The notes under the pieces are model-generated. The model ran no database searches. It saw only the letters and a list, made by a program, of their open reading frames with translations, and was not told the DNA's origin. From contig NC_134470.1 of NCBI RefSeq assembly GCF_964194025.1, positions 80,166,001-80,230,000 of the forward strand: a stretch of DNA of 64,000 bases, read 5' to 3'. Position 1 is the stretch's first letter. Every line of letters starts with the position of its first letter. Shown piece after piece: positions 36,511 to 50,199 of the stretch. The position numbers and the translations under genes were made by a program. This DNA is from Convolutriloba macropyga. Lineage: Eukaryota.

Positions 36511-38320
36511 ATTACCGTCATAGTAATTTTTATTACCGATAACTTGATAACTTGAATGTTTTATTATTAATAACTTGATCAGTGCATAATTTTTCAAAAA
36601 CAACACCTTGGTCCCTAGACATCGCCATGTTATATTCCGCTCATTATTTTTCAAGGATAAAGAAAAAACAATTTGTGTTCAGTGCAACTTGTATTTGGTG
36701 AGGAGCAAACCATTCCGGCCACTCTCTACAGCTACTCTCCAATCTGTCCTGACAGAGGTCATTCAGGTCTTGGCCAATCGCTGTCTTAAATTTCCCAAAA
36801 AGTATATTTTCAAAATAGATTTTGTCTGAACTCCGATTGCATTCCGCCCGCCAATTCTTTTAAGTAAGCCGTGTTCTCAATTTCATCGGTCATTTCAGTC
36901 AGTGCGTGAATTGGTATTCAACATTTTCAATCTTAAATCAGCTATTTTAATAAATGCCTTCGCTTTTGTTTAAGAAACCGGTCTGTGTTTTTACGTTTTC
37001 ACAAGCTTTGTGTCGTAGATGACTCCGGAACCGGCTGATGCTCTTTTTTGCGTCCTTGGGTACAATCTATTTGTTCAGTGCATAATCACCATATGTGATA
37101 TCGTCACAACCCAAGAGGTGCGTTTCATTGATTTAGAATACTGGTATTCGGCGCCTCTGTATGACTTCAGTGAGCACAAAAACGATTCCGCCATGGTAAA
37201 GTGATGAAGGACCTAATATCCTCCTCCGTATATCTGCATGGTCATAAGAACTGGCTAGGATTCTTGGGTCACTCCCTTCACTGTCTCTTTCTTCTTAGCT
37301 TGAGATGCGTTGCCCTGGTGGTTTGGGGTACCAATTCAGGGCAAGCCTTCCTCTTTATCTAGGATTGGAACTCGTTTTAGTTTTTGGAACTGCCTTCACA
37401 AACAGTTTCTCCCTTTTAAAAACTTTCTTTGCACAGTTACCCTCCGTAACCAATAGGCTGAGAGTCTTTATATCAGGATTTTAATCAGGAATTTGATATG
37501 TGTTACTATTCGCAAAAATCTCGCCGGGAAAGTTGATAGATTGGCAAAACAACGTTAGCTGCGCCGAGGTGGGTAGACAGGGAACGCAAGCCGCCAGAAT
37601 ATTCATATGCAAACAAATCGATTGCAGTTGAGTGAATCACAATTTTAGAACCCCTACCAATGGTTAAGGGCGCGAGAAACACAAAACCGACGGTCATTAG
37701 TCTCCAGGCATAGATCAAGTATGATGACTCCTATTAGAGACAAAAGAGTAGCCGCAATGTGCGGCCACTTCATTAGGGTTATAAATAGTCTGGTTGAGAA
37801 GGTTTTTGGTCCCTGATTCAAGAATTGGACAGTTCTTAGTGTACATCCATCTCTGCTTGCTTGAGCAGTGGAAAAGCAGACTCCTGGAACTCTAAACTTG
37901 ATTCTTTTTGTACCAATACAACACGTTGGACCATTAAACTTGATGTTCTATATGTGCCAGCTCTAACTGTAGAGACTTAAAAAAATGATAAATAATATTA
38001 ACATTAATAAATAATAAATTTCAAACCATTCAACCAGCGGGTCTTAAGCGAACTCAAGGATAACTCTATCCTATAATTTTATCATTCTGTTTTCATTACA
38101 GTTATTAGAGCCCTCGATAATTATTTTAACAGCCTTTTTTAACCATGCTTCTTCCTTCTTTTTTTGAAAAGGCGGTATGATCCTACCAATGGACAGGACA
38201 GTGAACTTCCACCACATACATCACCTCAGTGCTTTTAAATTTACCGGAGAAACACATTGTGTTTTTACAGACATCAACTAGTTTTTAGTAAACGAGCCAA
38301 ATGATTTTAATACTGTTATA

Positions 38321-38830
38321 TTAATTAATTGTCCAGCCTCCCTTCCAGCACAAAAACGCTATAAATGCTATCAGTCTCCGTTTTACAACTACCCTTTTAC
38401 GGCAGAACCTGAAGAAGATAAGCGCGCTGCGTATCTTCGTCCGATTGTTTGGCATTGCGTCCTCGTAAGTGAATCTTTTTTTCAGATTTTCGTTCCTGGT
38501 TACTCTATAATGCGTGTTGGAGAGGGCCCTATGCATCCAATGCAGAGGGCCCTGTGATGCAGCAAGCATCAGCGGAGTTAAACGTTTTTTTTGTCATTTT
38601 CCCTTTTATTTGATATATAGAACATTGGTTGCCTCGTGAAATTGCCTCGTGCTTCCTCGTCTCCTTCTGAGCGTGCCTCGGCCAACTGAATAAAATTTTT
38701 CACGTCAAGGAAGCTTCTAACTGAATCTGAGCTGTCAAAACAGCCGACAATGTTCTGTCCCGCTTTGTTTCGTTGGGCACAATGAGTTTTTGCCTTGACA
38801 TGATTCATCCCTGGTTTTGGGCTTAGCAAT
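38321..38830 (-). pseudogene. Possible ankyrin-repeat-like coding remnant
   Basis: Minus strand reads RLTPLMLAASQG at ~38550-38585, with an upstream NKAGQNIV; GC content is above the flanks. Only one convincing motif. Confidence 0.3.
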
Positions 38831-38859
38831 TTCTCATCGAAGTCTCCAAGAAAACTGTC

Positions 38860-40340
38860 ATTAACAATTTGTTAAAATTTTGTTTCACTCAAGTTTTATT
38901 GCACGTTTCCCTTGAATTAAACAACTGCAATGATTAAAACGATACACAAAAATGACGAAAAAATTTGTCTATCTTCATACAGACCTAACATTTTCTTCTC
39001 AAAAGTTTTAATGGTCTTTGAGAGAATGATACTCTCAAATTTCTAAACGATAATAAGACATAATAGTTCTAACTCACAGTTTTATTTTTAGAAACCTAGT
39101 TCGATTTAAGTACCGTTTTTGCTGTTTGTGCACAACTTTTATAACAATTTGGACTCCGATAACGACTCCTACATATGTTATTTAGACATTAATAATGCTT
39201 TCGATCTTGTCATTCAAACCTTCTTTTAGAAAAATTTGTTGTATTTGGCACTGGCGGTGACTTTTTGAATCTCATTTTTTCCTATTCCGCTTGTTGCTTG
39301 CAAGTCGTATTCGTTTACGGCGGCTTGTCTGGCCTTTTACTGGTAACTAGTGGAGTCACAAATGGTTCTCTCTTGGGCCCATTTTATATCTATCAGTTTC
39401 ATCGTTAATGGATGCTTGTCTACCCCTTTGCGATTATTTAGTAGAGTCTCACAAGGTTCTGTCTTGGGCCTTTCGTTGTTTATCTGATTCATTGACAACT
39501 TACTTGAAGTCGTGAATGATGGCCTACTATTCTTATATGCGGACGAAAGCACAAAAGTTAAACCCTCAATTGCTGCTCTTGCATACAGTTTTCAAAATTA
39601 GCTAAAATGAAGAAAAATTGAATGTGTTTTGGTGAAAAATTGAATGTGTAATGATGAAAAAAAAAATTGTGGGTCAGCAGCTGACCTGTTGCTGACACTC
39701 AAACATCTTTCAAAAAGAAAACCATGATAGCCTCAGATGTCATAAAGGATATAGGGGTTACCATTGGTGCCAATTTCGAAGGAAACATTCATATACTGGA
39801 TAAATTTAATAAGGAGTATGTAGTTCTTCACCCTATTAAAAGAACTCTTCAAAAATCTCTCCTGAAGACCACAAGAATACGACTGTACAATTGTTATGTT
39901 TTATCTGCATTACTAAACGCCTCTAAAAATTGACATCCAACAAAGAGCTCACTCTATGAAAAAAAGCTCTTTCTTTAAAAGCAGAGCAACCAAACTGTTT
40001 TGGTAACAAACCTTTATCTGCTGAAATGTGGAATCTAGAGTTCTTCCGATAGGCTTGATTCTAAAAATGAGTTCTTTTCCAAAAACAATGATAACTAGAG
40101 GAATTGATTTTCCTTTCGGAATTGTTTCAAATAACGATATGAGAGGTGACTGTTTTCTTCAACGAAAACACCAGCTAAAAATCACTAAGACCTCGCGCAA
40201 ACTGGCCCACTCCAATTTCATTGTGCGAGCAGTACAATATTGAGAATTCTTGCACTCTACTGCAGAAATTGATACTTTTAAGCGCCTAAAACGTTTAAAA
40301 AGAAATTGAAACAAACCTTTTTTGGTGTTTTTGGATTATA
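38860..40340 (+). mobile_element. LINE C, strongly decayed RT; tail resumes at ~49960-49980
   Basis: YLDINNAFD, SGVTNGSLLGP, SRVSQGSVLG, FLYADE, IKDIGVTI; ccactactgctact follows the BEL 3' LTR. Confidence 0.78.
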
Positions 40341-42110
40341 AATGGCACCCGTGAACCACAAGCAGGACCCATGAGACAGCAGGAACTAACTTTTGAAAAC
40401 AAAAAACAAAAAAATTTGGCAAAACACGAAAACAGAAAATTTTACAAGCTGGGACACCAAAATTGTTCAATCCCATCTTTTATGAAGGGAAAACGTGAGT
40501 GACCAACGGTCTCAGCACTTGGTTAGGGTAACCCATAATCAATCCATGGAACCCGCGATGGCTGTTTTCAGAGTTGCAAGTGTAAATACTAACACTTTTT
40601 TTGTGCAATACATCATTTTTTCATATAATTTTTATTTGTAAATTATTATTTTTTTTAGTTTCTTACGTGCACTTTTACTTATTTGTTTGTTGTCAAATGC
40701 CATAATCAAAGCATCCAGTGGTACGTAAAAACAATCCGTGCTTGCGGCAGTAAAATCATGTGCGTAGTAATTTGACATTTACATTTTAAATTTTAAATTG
40801 AATTACTTCATTTGGTTAACCTTGAGTTATAATGATGTAATAGATGATATTTAACTTATTTTTTAATATACACGTCTATTTGGAAAGTGAATTTTTATCA
40901 GAATCAGAATCCTGAGAAGCTGGCCCGGAGAACACTCATATACTGGATAGATTCAATAAAGAGTATGTAGTTCTTCAGCCTATTAAAAGAACTCTTCCAA
41001 AATCTCTCCTGAATACCACAAGAATATGACTGTACAATTGTTAAAAATTCCCTAAGACCTCGCCCAAGCTGGCCCACTGGAAACTTTTTGCAATCTACTT
41101 GAGAACTTGACATTTTTTAAGACCATAAATGTTTAAAGAGAAACTGAAACTATTTTTTATGGTGTTTATAGATTATAAATAGTACCCGTGAACCTTTCTA
41201 TGTTGATAGATTATGCGAAACTAGAATTTTTCCGATAAGCTTGACTCTAATAAAGAATTATTTTTCCGAACAAACTGATAACTAGTGGATTTGATTTTCC
41301 TTTTGAACATGTTTCAATTAATGATTTGAGAGCTAACTCTTTTCTTCAACAAAAACACAGGGTTAAATTCCCTATGGCCTCGCACAAATTGGCCTAATCC
41401 AATTTCATTGCGAGAGTAGTACAATTTGGAAAATTCTCGCACTCTACTGCAGAAATTGACGTTTTTTAAGCGCCTAAAACGTTTTAAAAAAAGGAAACAA
41501 TGCTTTTTTTGTGTTTGTTTTATTATAAATGGTACCCGTGAACCAAAAGCTGGACTCATGAGACAACAGGAACACACTTTTGAAAACAAAAAAAAAGAAT
41601 TTCGCAAAACACAAAAACAGAAAATTTTACAAGCTGGGACACCAAAATTGTTCAATCCCCCTTTTTATGAAGGGAAAACGTGAGTGACCAACGGTCTCAG
41701 CACTTGGTTAGGGTAACCCATAATCGATCCATGGAACCCACGATGGCTGTTTTCAGAGTCGCAAGTGTAACTACTAACACTTATTTGGTGCAAAAGAGCC
41801 TTTTTTCGTAAGATTTTCATTTTTAAATAATTTTTTATATATTTTTTACGTGCACTTTTACTTTTTTTTGTTTGTGGTCAAATTCCATAATCAAAGCATA
41901 CAGTGGTCACTAATAACCACTGTACGTATTGTGCGTATTTTTTTGACATTTACAGTGTAACTTTTAAATTGAATTACTTTATATGAATAACCTTGAATTA
42001 TGATGATGTAATCGATGTTTAATAATGATATTTAACTTATTATTTTCTTAACACGTCTATTTGAAAATGGAATTTTCATCAGCATTAGAACCTTGAGAAG
42101 TTGGTCTGGA
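40030..42110 (+). repeat. Local duplication of the LINE C / BEL-LTR junction (40030-40920 vs 41205-42110, plus a deleted third copy 40950-41195)
   Basis: attataaat(g/a)g(c/t)acccgtgaacc occurs near 40334, 41172 and 41522; gaagggaaaacgtgagtgaccaacggtctcagcac occurs twice. Confidence 0.9.
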
Positions 42111-42494
42111 AATCAATTGATTTTGAAATTGATTATAAATTGCTTGCTAATCAACTATAGTCCTTGTCAGGTTTGAGTGTTGCGATTTTGCTAAAATTAG
42201 CAAAGTTTTCTTTGTTAGTTGTGCTTTTTGAGATAATGTTTGCAACATTACAAAACCTGACTAAAATCTTAAAAACTTCAGTATAAAATTTAATTTCAGT
42301 CTTTCCTCTAGGAAATTCTGAACTCCAATCAAATCAAGTGAAAAATTAAAGTTACAAGTATATATTACGAACAGGCGAGTATTTGTTTTGACATGGTTGT
42401 TAGTCAATCAAATTAATTGAAAAACGAGGCTGGCGTAAACCTTGAGAACCAGGCTGTGAAAATTGGGTTCAACCGAGATTTTTACGCAGCCGCA
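41527..42494 (+). repeat. BEL 5' LTR, followed by a degenerate PBS (ttttgctccgccgacgcgga)
   Basis: Colinear with 48988-49959 (catgagaca, ttttacaa..tg.gacacca, caacggtct.agca, aaccaggctgtg, cagc.gca end). The PBS resembles the TGGTCCTTCGAGCCGG tRNA-Tyr type used by BEL elements. Confidence 0.78.
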
Positions 42495-45400
42495 GTTTTT
42501 GCTCCGCCGACGCGGACAACAACATGAACAGTATTGAATCTTCATTTCAATTTGGTGAACAAGAACTGAATCATAACGATGGCTGAAAAGAGATCCGATA
42601 GACATAGGAAAACTGCTAAATGTAAGACTTCAGACCAGTTCAAGATACTTGAAAGTGAGCAAGTTGAACTGCTCAAAATATTTGACAGATACTTTGTTGA
42701 TGTCGACGGTGACATAGCCCAGAAAAAAATTGTGTCAGCCAAAAAAATATTTCGATGTTTTTTGTGACTTACGGTAAACTCGAGTACAAAAGACAGCAAC
42801 AGAGGCAACCTCTGCAGCCAAAATAATTGGAAAGTTTCAATGCAGACGCCGAACAAAAGTTGTGCGAAAAGAAGGGTTCAGTCAAATGGTCAGTTGAACA
42901 AATACCAAATTTTGGAAAAATTGAAGAAAATAGCAGCTAAATTTTCAACTGTCTAAAAGACATTTCACGACTCTATGTTTTAGCTGGAAAACGGTAGCAA
43001 TATATATCGAAGCGAAAAAAAATTCGATGAAAAGTTGAGAACAGAAAACTTAAACGACCCCCGCAAGCAAGCGTTGTGTAACAAACTAGATCATCTGTCA
43101 ATGATATTTAATTCAACTTACGCAGAACTTATACAAACCATGAAGTCAGATATTGCTGGTGATTTCTTGACGGGTTAATACAAGAATAAGGATTGCCACC
43201 AAGGCATGCTAAAACCGTACCCGCAAACCACAGATAGTGAAAATCAAACATCGTTAGTTTCATCCACATTGGCGCTGTTGATAGTGACCCAAACTAGTTG
43301 TTTGTTGAGAGGGGAAATGCAGCGACAGAAGATGTCAAAAAAACGTGGAGATATTTGCTAGGCATTCTTATACACATCAAAGCAGATAAGAACCCAACTC
43401 ACGTTAATCAAAAATACGTGAGATTGATGAAATATAGCCGAAAATTTAAGAGGTACAAAAGAAAGAGATCAACAATTGCCAGAGCATCAGAATCCGTTGG
43501 AAAGTGAATGTGAAGAAATTGAATTACGTCGGCATCAAGAATATATACGGTTACTTTTATTACGTCCAAGGTTGCATCAACAAGAGGACAAACTACTTTT
43601 GCAGCAGCTTGAGCCAGACCTTGAAAATAAAAAAGGCTGAGACTGACAAAGAGCAAAGGCGCATAGAAATTGAACCATCAAAACTAATTTTGAAGAGCAA
43701 TTGGTTCGCAGGCAGATGATATAGAAAGTGTTGGATCCAGAAGAAACAGAGTAAGAATGGCAAGCTGGATAACAAGAGTTGCCCGGCAGTCGGGACCTTG
43801 CCAGACCCTCCTGAAAAGTCACAGATGACAGAGTTGACAAACACTTCAGCGCGTATCTGAAAACTACATCCTTGTTCCAAATAGGCACAGAAATTTATTC
43901 AACGTAACTGCGTGACTCGAGTATTCTCATGAAACCAAAAATCTCTAAACCAGTTAGGGTGACAGAACCACAAACGCATTTTTCAAAGACGACGTTCCAA
44001 CAGCAAGGAATGTCAGCATTCCAAAACAGACAGAGATGACAAAAATGCAAGCACAACACTCATAAATGATCGACGGAGAGTTCAATTCAAACAACGGTGA
44101 GCCAAAAAGTAAATAGCCCACCCAGTATTGATCCACGAATATTACCAAAGTTTAAAATAACGGAGTTTTTGGGAGACCTTTAGATTGGCCCAAGTGAGCA
44201 AATATTTTCCATGTCATTGCGCATCAAAAGCGCCTAAGAGATACTGCGATGATCCAGTGTCTGAAGATTAGATTCTTTATTCAGGCAAAAGCGTCAATTT
44301 CTGGATTGAGTTTCAGCTGGCATAATACTAAGCCTGGTACATTCTCTGCAAAAAATTCGGCAGACGAGAGTCATAGTCGAATCTAAACTTAATAATATAT
44401 ATAGTCAAATTCCGGTTAGGCACGACAACTGCAGTGGCATTGTTTGTTTTAAAAACGTAGTAACAAACACAATTGACACTCGGCTTGGATTTCAGCTTGA
44501 CCTGCAATTGGAGGGAGTTCTGAGTTTCCCAACCAGAAAACTTTTCCCACAGCTTAAAGGGCAGTGGGTACGACACCTAGAAGATAGTCAGTTATGGGCA
44601 GCGAATTTGATTGTACTCAAAGACTGGCTAGAATCAACAATCATTATACAGAGATCTTGTCAGCTCAGACAAGCTCTAAGTTTCAAGAGCCATTGAAAAC
44701 CAGAAACATTTACATTCGCATCCACTGCTAAGTATTATACAAATTCGAAGATCTGAGAATTTCCAATCAAAAATGTACAGCACTGATGATGTAATCTGAT
44801 GGTGCTACATATGAAACTGATTGAACGACCAAAACATGCGCTGAATTTCGGGTGAGATTTTGCAGTGATCTAATTGCGGCAGAGGACATTAAAAAAACTC
44901 TTGCCCGCTGGGTTCTCAAACAAGGAAGGTACAAAGAGTGTCTCAGATGCTGTAACAGCAGTAGAAGCAAACATCACAAAACGAAGACTAACTGTGGTGC
45001 GCACTAAACTGGTGAATGGTGAACTAAGGCTAAACGTGCTAAGATTGTGTGCCACAGGCTCCTCAATTTCATCCGTAGGTAAATCAATATTATCTACACC
45101 AAACCTAATTGGCCAAAAAGCGTCCTCGTCCCTAACAAAAGTTCACAGATTTTAAGCTGCCAGGGTTGAAATACCGCTGATAGCTGTTTTTGCACACGAA
45201 AAGTCTCAAACAATGACAACAGCGCAATTTAATCTTCTTCGGAAAATGACTTTAGAGGAGCTTATTGTAGATCTGCATGGATTGACAGACAGCTTCTCAC
45301 ATTTGAGGAACTTGCTAAAATCTAATTGTAGTACAAGCTATCTCTGGACAAGAATGAAACAACCTATATCACCCATTAGAACTCAAAAGCGCTTCAAACT

Positions 45401-47199
45401 GTCAATTCACCGTTCATTTTAAAGGCGAACAGAGAGCAATCAAGACATTGGAGCCAAGGGCTCATTTCACCGTTTGAAGATAGGATGTTGTATTTTGTGT
45501 CGGGAAAACGAACTGAAGTTACCAAATAGCTTCTACTCTAAATCAAGTCTCCAAACAACGCCTACAGAAAAATTATAAGCTACGGAGCAGGTATCAGGAT
45601 ACCATTAAGCTTGACGTCACGGCTTGTTAAATTTGTTAAATTAACCTAGTTGAACTGAACGATTTCAGTGATTTGCCTCAATGGTGTTTGCCAAATTATT
45701 GCGTCATCAACTCTCATAAGCCTGAGAAAGTCGGAAAATTATAAAACGCAAAAGTGAAGAATCAAGATGAGGCCCTCAATGACATTTTTTTATCCGGAAC
45801 AGATCTGCTGAGAATAGAAGTCAGACGACACGTTTTTGCTGGCAAATTGTATACACAACACGTTTTGTGGGCGAAATGCTTGCCAATTTGTGCAATTTAT
45901 GCTTTGTCTGAAGTGGCGAAACATAACTCGAAATACGAAAGTGCTAAAGACGGTCAGGACACTTCAAGAAGCTATCAAAAACTACGAAAAAGTTAAAAAC
46001 AGCCTGAGCAGAGGGGAATTCATTTGGATAAATTCATTACGGATTAACAGAAAAATCAATGTCCAGATCCCAGAAGCAGACAATTCAACAAAAGTTGTAA
46101 AAACTTTCAAGGCTGAACCACAATCATCCTCACTCATTGGTTTAAATTGAAATGCAGACAGATAGAGTTTTGCAGTCTGTCATAGAGTTGAAATGGAGAT
46201 GTCAGAGAAATGTCCTACCCTACGTCTCAATAGCGCTCTAACCACGTGTATTTTGTTCACCAATTACCATGACGAAATGATTTCTACTTAGATTTTTGGG
46301 GCAGCAATGGCACAAGCATGGGCCAAAGAATTGTCAGCAGAGCACTCGGAAATTTAGCTGTTGGTGCTTTCTTTCGCGAGAAGCAAGGAGCATGTCGCTA
46401 ATTTGGATATATTTGGAAAACAGAAGCACAGATTTTGAGACTCAGACTTAAAGTTTCACAAACGCGTCAAAAGAAGCAATGTGCACTGTGGCCTATCTGC
46501 AAGATGAAGCGACGTTAAACTTCACCTATGTTTTGGGAAAATGTCGTGTAGAACCTATCAGACCCAAGATGATTCCGCTGTTAGAACGTCAAGCAAAATC
46601 TCAAGATGCAGCTATTGAGAGAGCATAATTAGACAACTGAAAAAATCTATCAATGGACAGATTAATCAGAAATGTTACAGTGGCTACAATAAACTCACAA
46701 GAAACAACAATTGATTGTGGCCAGCAGAGCAGCAGAGATACTGGAGAACCAAGCGACTATCGGCACCAGAGGGGGCACAATGTCCATCGAAGGACTCAAG
46801 GAGTCCGTTTGGGTAAAGGGCTAGCATGGCATCTGAAGATAAAAGCCAATTCTCTGTGCAAATGCACAATGATGAAGCTGAGCAAGCTACCATTACTGTA
46901 TCGACAGAAATTATACCAAACGCTTGACTGGAAACGATACAGTACCTTCAACCGAAATAGAACCTTCATTGCATATTGCATAAGGTGAAAGAAAAAGCAG
47001 AAGGGACCTCTCAAATCAAGTCCCACAATCGGAAAAAATTTTTTGTCAATTTTTTCAAATCAAAACATTTCCGAATAGTTCGAAGCCAATATAATGCAGC
47101 AAAGAATTCTCGAAGGCGTTGACCAATGCCGAATTGTCACGCTTCATAAAAGAATAAAAGAGCATACAACAATATGATTGAAACATTGACTGAAGTTTT

Positions 47200-48440
47200 T
47201 GAATATTGATTACAACGCCAAGCATTCGACTTTATTGAAAGCAAAACTGCCAGTCGTACACTTTCTGTTGCAGAGAGCACATCGTGACAACCTACACAAT
47301 TGGACATAATACGTGAGAAAAGCAGGAATTCTGGATTATTGGGTTGAGAAAAGATTTAGGAAATTCAAGTCAAGTTGTGCCAAATGTTGGCACAAAAATG
47401 TCTACCATATTCATCCGCCGATAGAAGACCTGTCACGAGAGTGACTTGCTGAACATTTGTTTCCTTTTTCCCATACCAGAGTGGACTATTTCGGACAAAT
47501 TGAAGTCAAGTTTACAACGTTCACTGAAGAGATGGTATTGTATTTTCACTTGTCTAATCACCATGGCAGTACACAAACTAGCACATTCATTAGACACCGA
47601 GCTATGTCTAGTGGCAGTATCGGGATTCATTACAAAATATGGCTACTCAAATACCGTCTTCATTGATAATGGAAGAAATTTTGTCAGAGCAGCTGAATCG
47701 GTCAAGGCGCTTATGTACGAGTGGCACCAAGTTAAGATCCAGAAAATATTTAGCTCAGAAAAAAATTGGAAATTTAATTTTTCAACCTTTCTTAGAAGAG
47801 TATGGAGCAATTCGAGTGCAAGTTCGACTGAAACATTTAAATCTTGATTCCAATGCAAAACTTCCAACACTTTTGACAGCAAAACGTCCAGTCGTACAAC
47901 TACTATTGGAGAGAGCTCATCCTGATCAGTACTTAAAAAAAAGCTCCAACAAGAGTACTGGATCATCGAATTAAAAATGCGTTGAGTAAAATCAAGTCAA
48001 GATGTGTCAAATACACACAGAGAAACGCCAATGGAATTCAACCACCGATGGCAGATCTACTCCGAGAACGACTCAATGAACATGTTTTCCGAATTACCTA
48101 TACCGGATTGGACTACTTCGGACCATTTGAAGTTAAATTACTGCGACGTATCTTGAAGAGATGGTACTCTCTCTTCACTTGCCAAACAAACAGAGCAGTA
48201 CACATCGAAGTTGTAAAGTCGTTGGACACCGGGTCATGTCTAGCTGCAGTGACAAGATTTATTGCAAGACGTGGCTCCCCAAAGACAATCATCAGTGACA
48301 ACGGGAAAAATTTCGTTGGAAGAGCCAATAAGCTAAAAGCATTTGTGAACGAGTGGGACAAAGCCAAGATTGAGAGCTATATAGCCCAGAAAAAGATCCA
48401 CCTCGACCTCCACATTTTGGTGAAATCTGGGAGAGACTAG
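47200..48440 (+). pseudogene. BEL integrase, present as two diverged tandem copies
   Basis: VDYFGQIEVK / KRWYCIFTC / HSLDTELCL / DNGRNFV at 47450-47700 and LDYFGPFEVK / KRWYSLFTC / KSLDTGSCL / DNGKNFV at 48080-48320. Confidence 0.9.
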
Positions 48441-48987
48441 TTCGAAGTTGCGAGAAAGCCATTATTGAAAAATCTTGCACCTAAGGGATACTCAGCAAAA
48501 CAATGTATCTTGTGGAAAACACTTTTTAAGCAAGACCCATGACAACAGTAAGTAGCGATCGTTGGACTTTTCAGCTTTCATACCAATTCAGTAATTCCCA
48601 GGAAAGGAGAACGCGAGTGCTCTACTCACTCTCATCCAGTGAGCACTACCAGCTTCTGCAGAAATCATTAAAAATTGTCCACGCAAATTCGGACTTGATC
48701 CAGAAGAGTTGGACTCGTAAATCCCTCCCGCAATAGAACCAGAGACTGAAGTGACCAAAGGAACATATGCGTAACCTGAAAGATGGCCAGTTGGGATCGC
48801 TGGTAGATGACTCTGTCAATTGCTGTGAGTACAAACTGGGACGAATCATTGCAATCTTCACTGGCAAAAACCGTGTTGTGCTCTCAGCGAGAATCAAAAT
48901 GGCAATGGAAGAGTTGAACCGGCCAGTCTTGAAGTTGGCGACAGTACTGCACGAGGGTGTTTCCAGGATCCAAATTTTCGCCAAAGA

Positions 48988-49959
48988 TGTTGGCGCCGAT
49001 TCAAATCACAAGCAAGAGCCATGAGACAAAGAAAATTATCTTTTGCGAATGAAATTTTAGATCGTGTCGAAATTCAGAAATGAATGAAACTAAGTTTTAC
49101 AATTTGAGACACCACTAAGAGAAAACCTAGGTGAGCAACGGTCTTAGCATTTGATTAGGTTATTGCATAAGATAGCGATGGACCCAATGATCGTTTTTGT
49201 ATAGAGCAACAAATGTGGATATTGGCACTTATTTGGTAAAAAAATGCTTTTTTCTTGCCTTTCCTATACATAGCTTAATTTTTATTGTTTTTTTTATTGT
49301 ATACATAATGTTTATTACGCGAACTATTTGTTATATGTTTAAATTCAAATTCCATATTCCAGGCATCCACTGCTGCGTAGCATATTGCGCAGTAACTTGA
49401 CATTTAAAGTGTAAAAACTGACCTAAATTACTTTACTTGATTAAGCAATCAGCTCAGCAACAAGTTAAAATGATGTTATAGATGATAATCACCTATTACT
49501 TGTTTTACCCGTTTATTTGAATAGTGAAATTGTAACAAATTTACCACATTATTAAACTAATACCGAGATCAATTGGTTTTCAAATTGACTATAATTTAAT
49601 CCAGTTGATGCCCTAATCAAATCCAGTTTTTGTCAAATTTTTTCTTTCATGATTGCTTAATTGGGCAATGTTTTCCAATTAAGTCGATCTTTTTTATAAA
49701 AAGTTAGCATCTCTACTTACTTTGAATGACTGAAAACTTACAGACTTTGCTACGCGATTGAACATAGTTCATCATTTAAGAAGTTCTTATTTTCAAAAGA
49801 AGTCAAATCAAGCTTCAAAGTTACAGACCTTTATTACGAGCGATTCATTGTTTTGAAAAAATTATTAGTCAATTGAAATAAATGAAGAACTAGGCCGGTA
49901 TAAAGTTCGATAACCAGGCTGTGGAGATTGGTTTCCGCTGAGGCTCTTGAACAGCTGCA
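48988..49959 (+). repeat. BEL 3' LTR (TGTTGGCGCC...CAGCTGCA)
   Basis: TG...CA termini; begins right after the end of pol. Confidence 0.8.
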
Positions 49960-50199
49960 TCACCACTACTGCTACTAAATAATAAACTTCGTCATAAGTT
50001 TGCTCAATCTCTTCCCCGATGTTGTTGGAGAAATCCCATTGAATAGGGTTTCGCCACCCGGTAAGTCATTTTGGGGGACCACTTTAATGGTATTAGCATT
50101 AAACTTCAAATTCAAAGAACTATTGGTATGTTGTGCCAAATAATTTGCGAATCTGCAAAATCCTGGGCACTCATGACAATTTCCTCAAAAAATTCATTG

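Larger units (their letters stand above)
41527..49959 (+). mobile_element. BEL/Pao LTR retrotransposon, old and decayed
   Basis: Diverged ~970 bp LTRs; gag remnant PKFKITEFLGD; RNase H FTNASKEAMCTVAYL; integrase TGLDYFGPF...RAVHIEVV.SLDT...RFIARRG.P....SDNGKNFVG; C-terminal LGRII.IFTG...V.SARIK. Confidence 0.92.
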
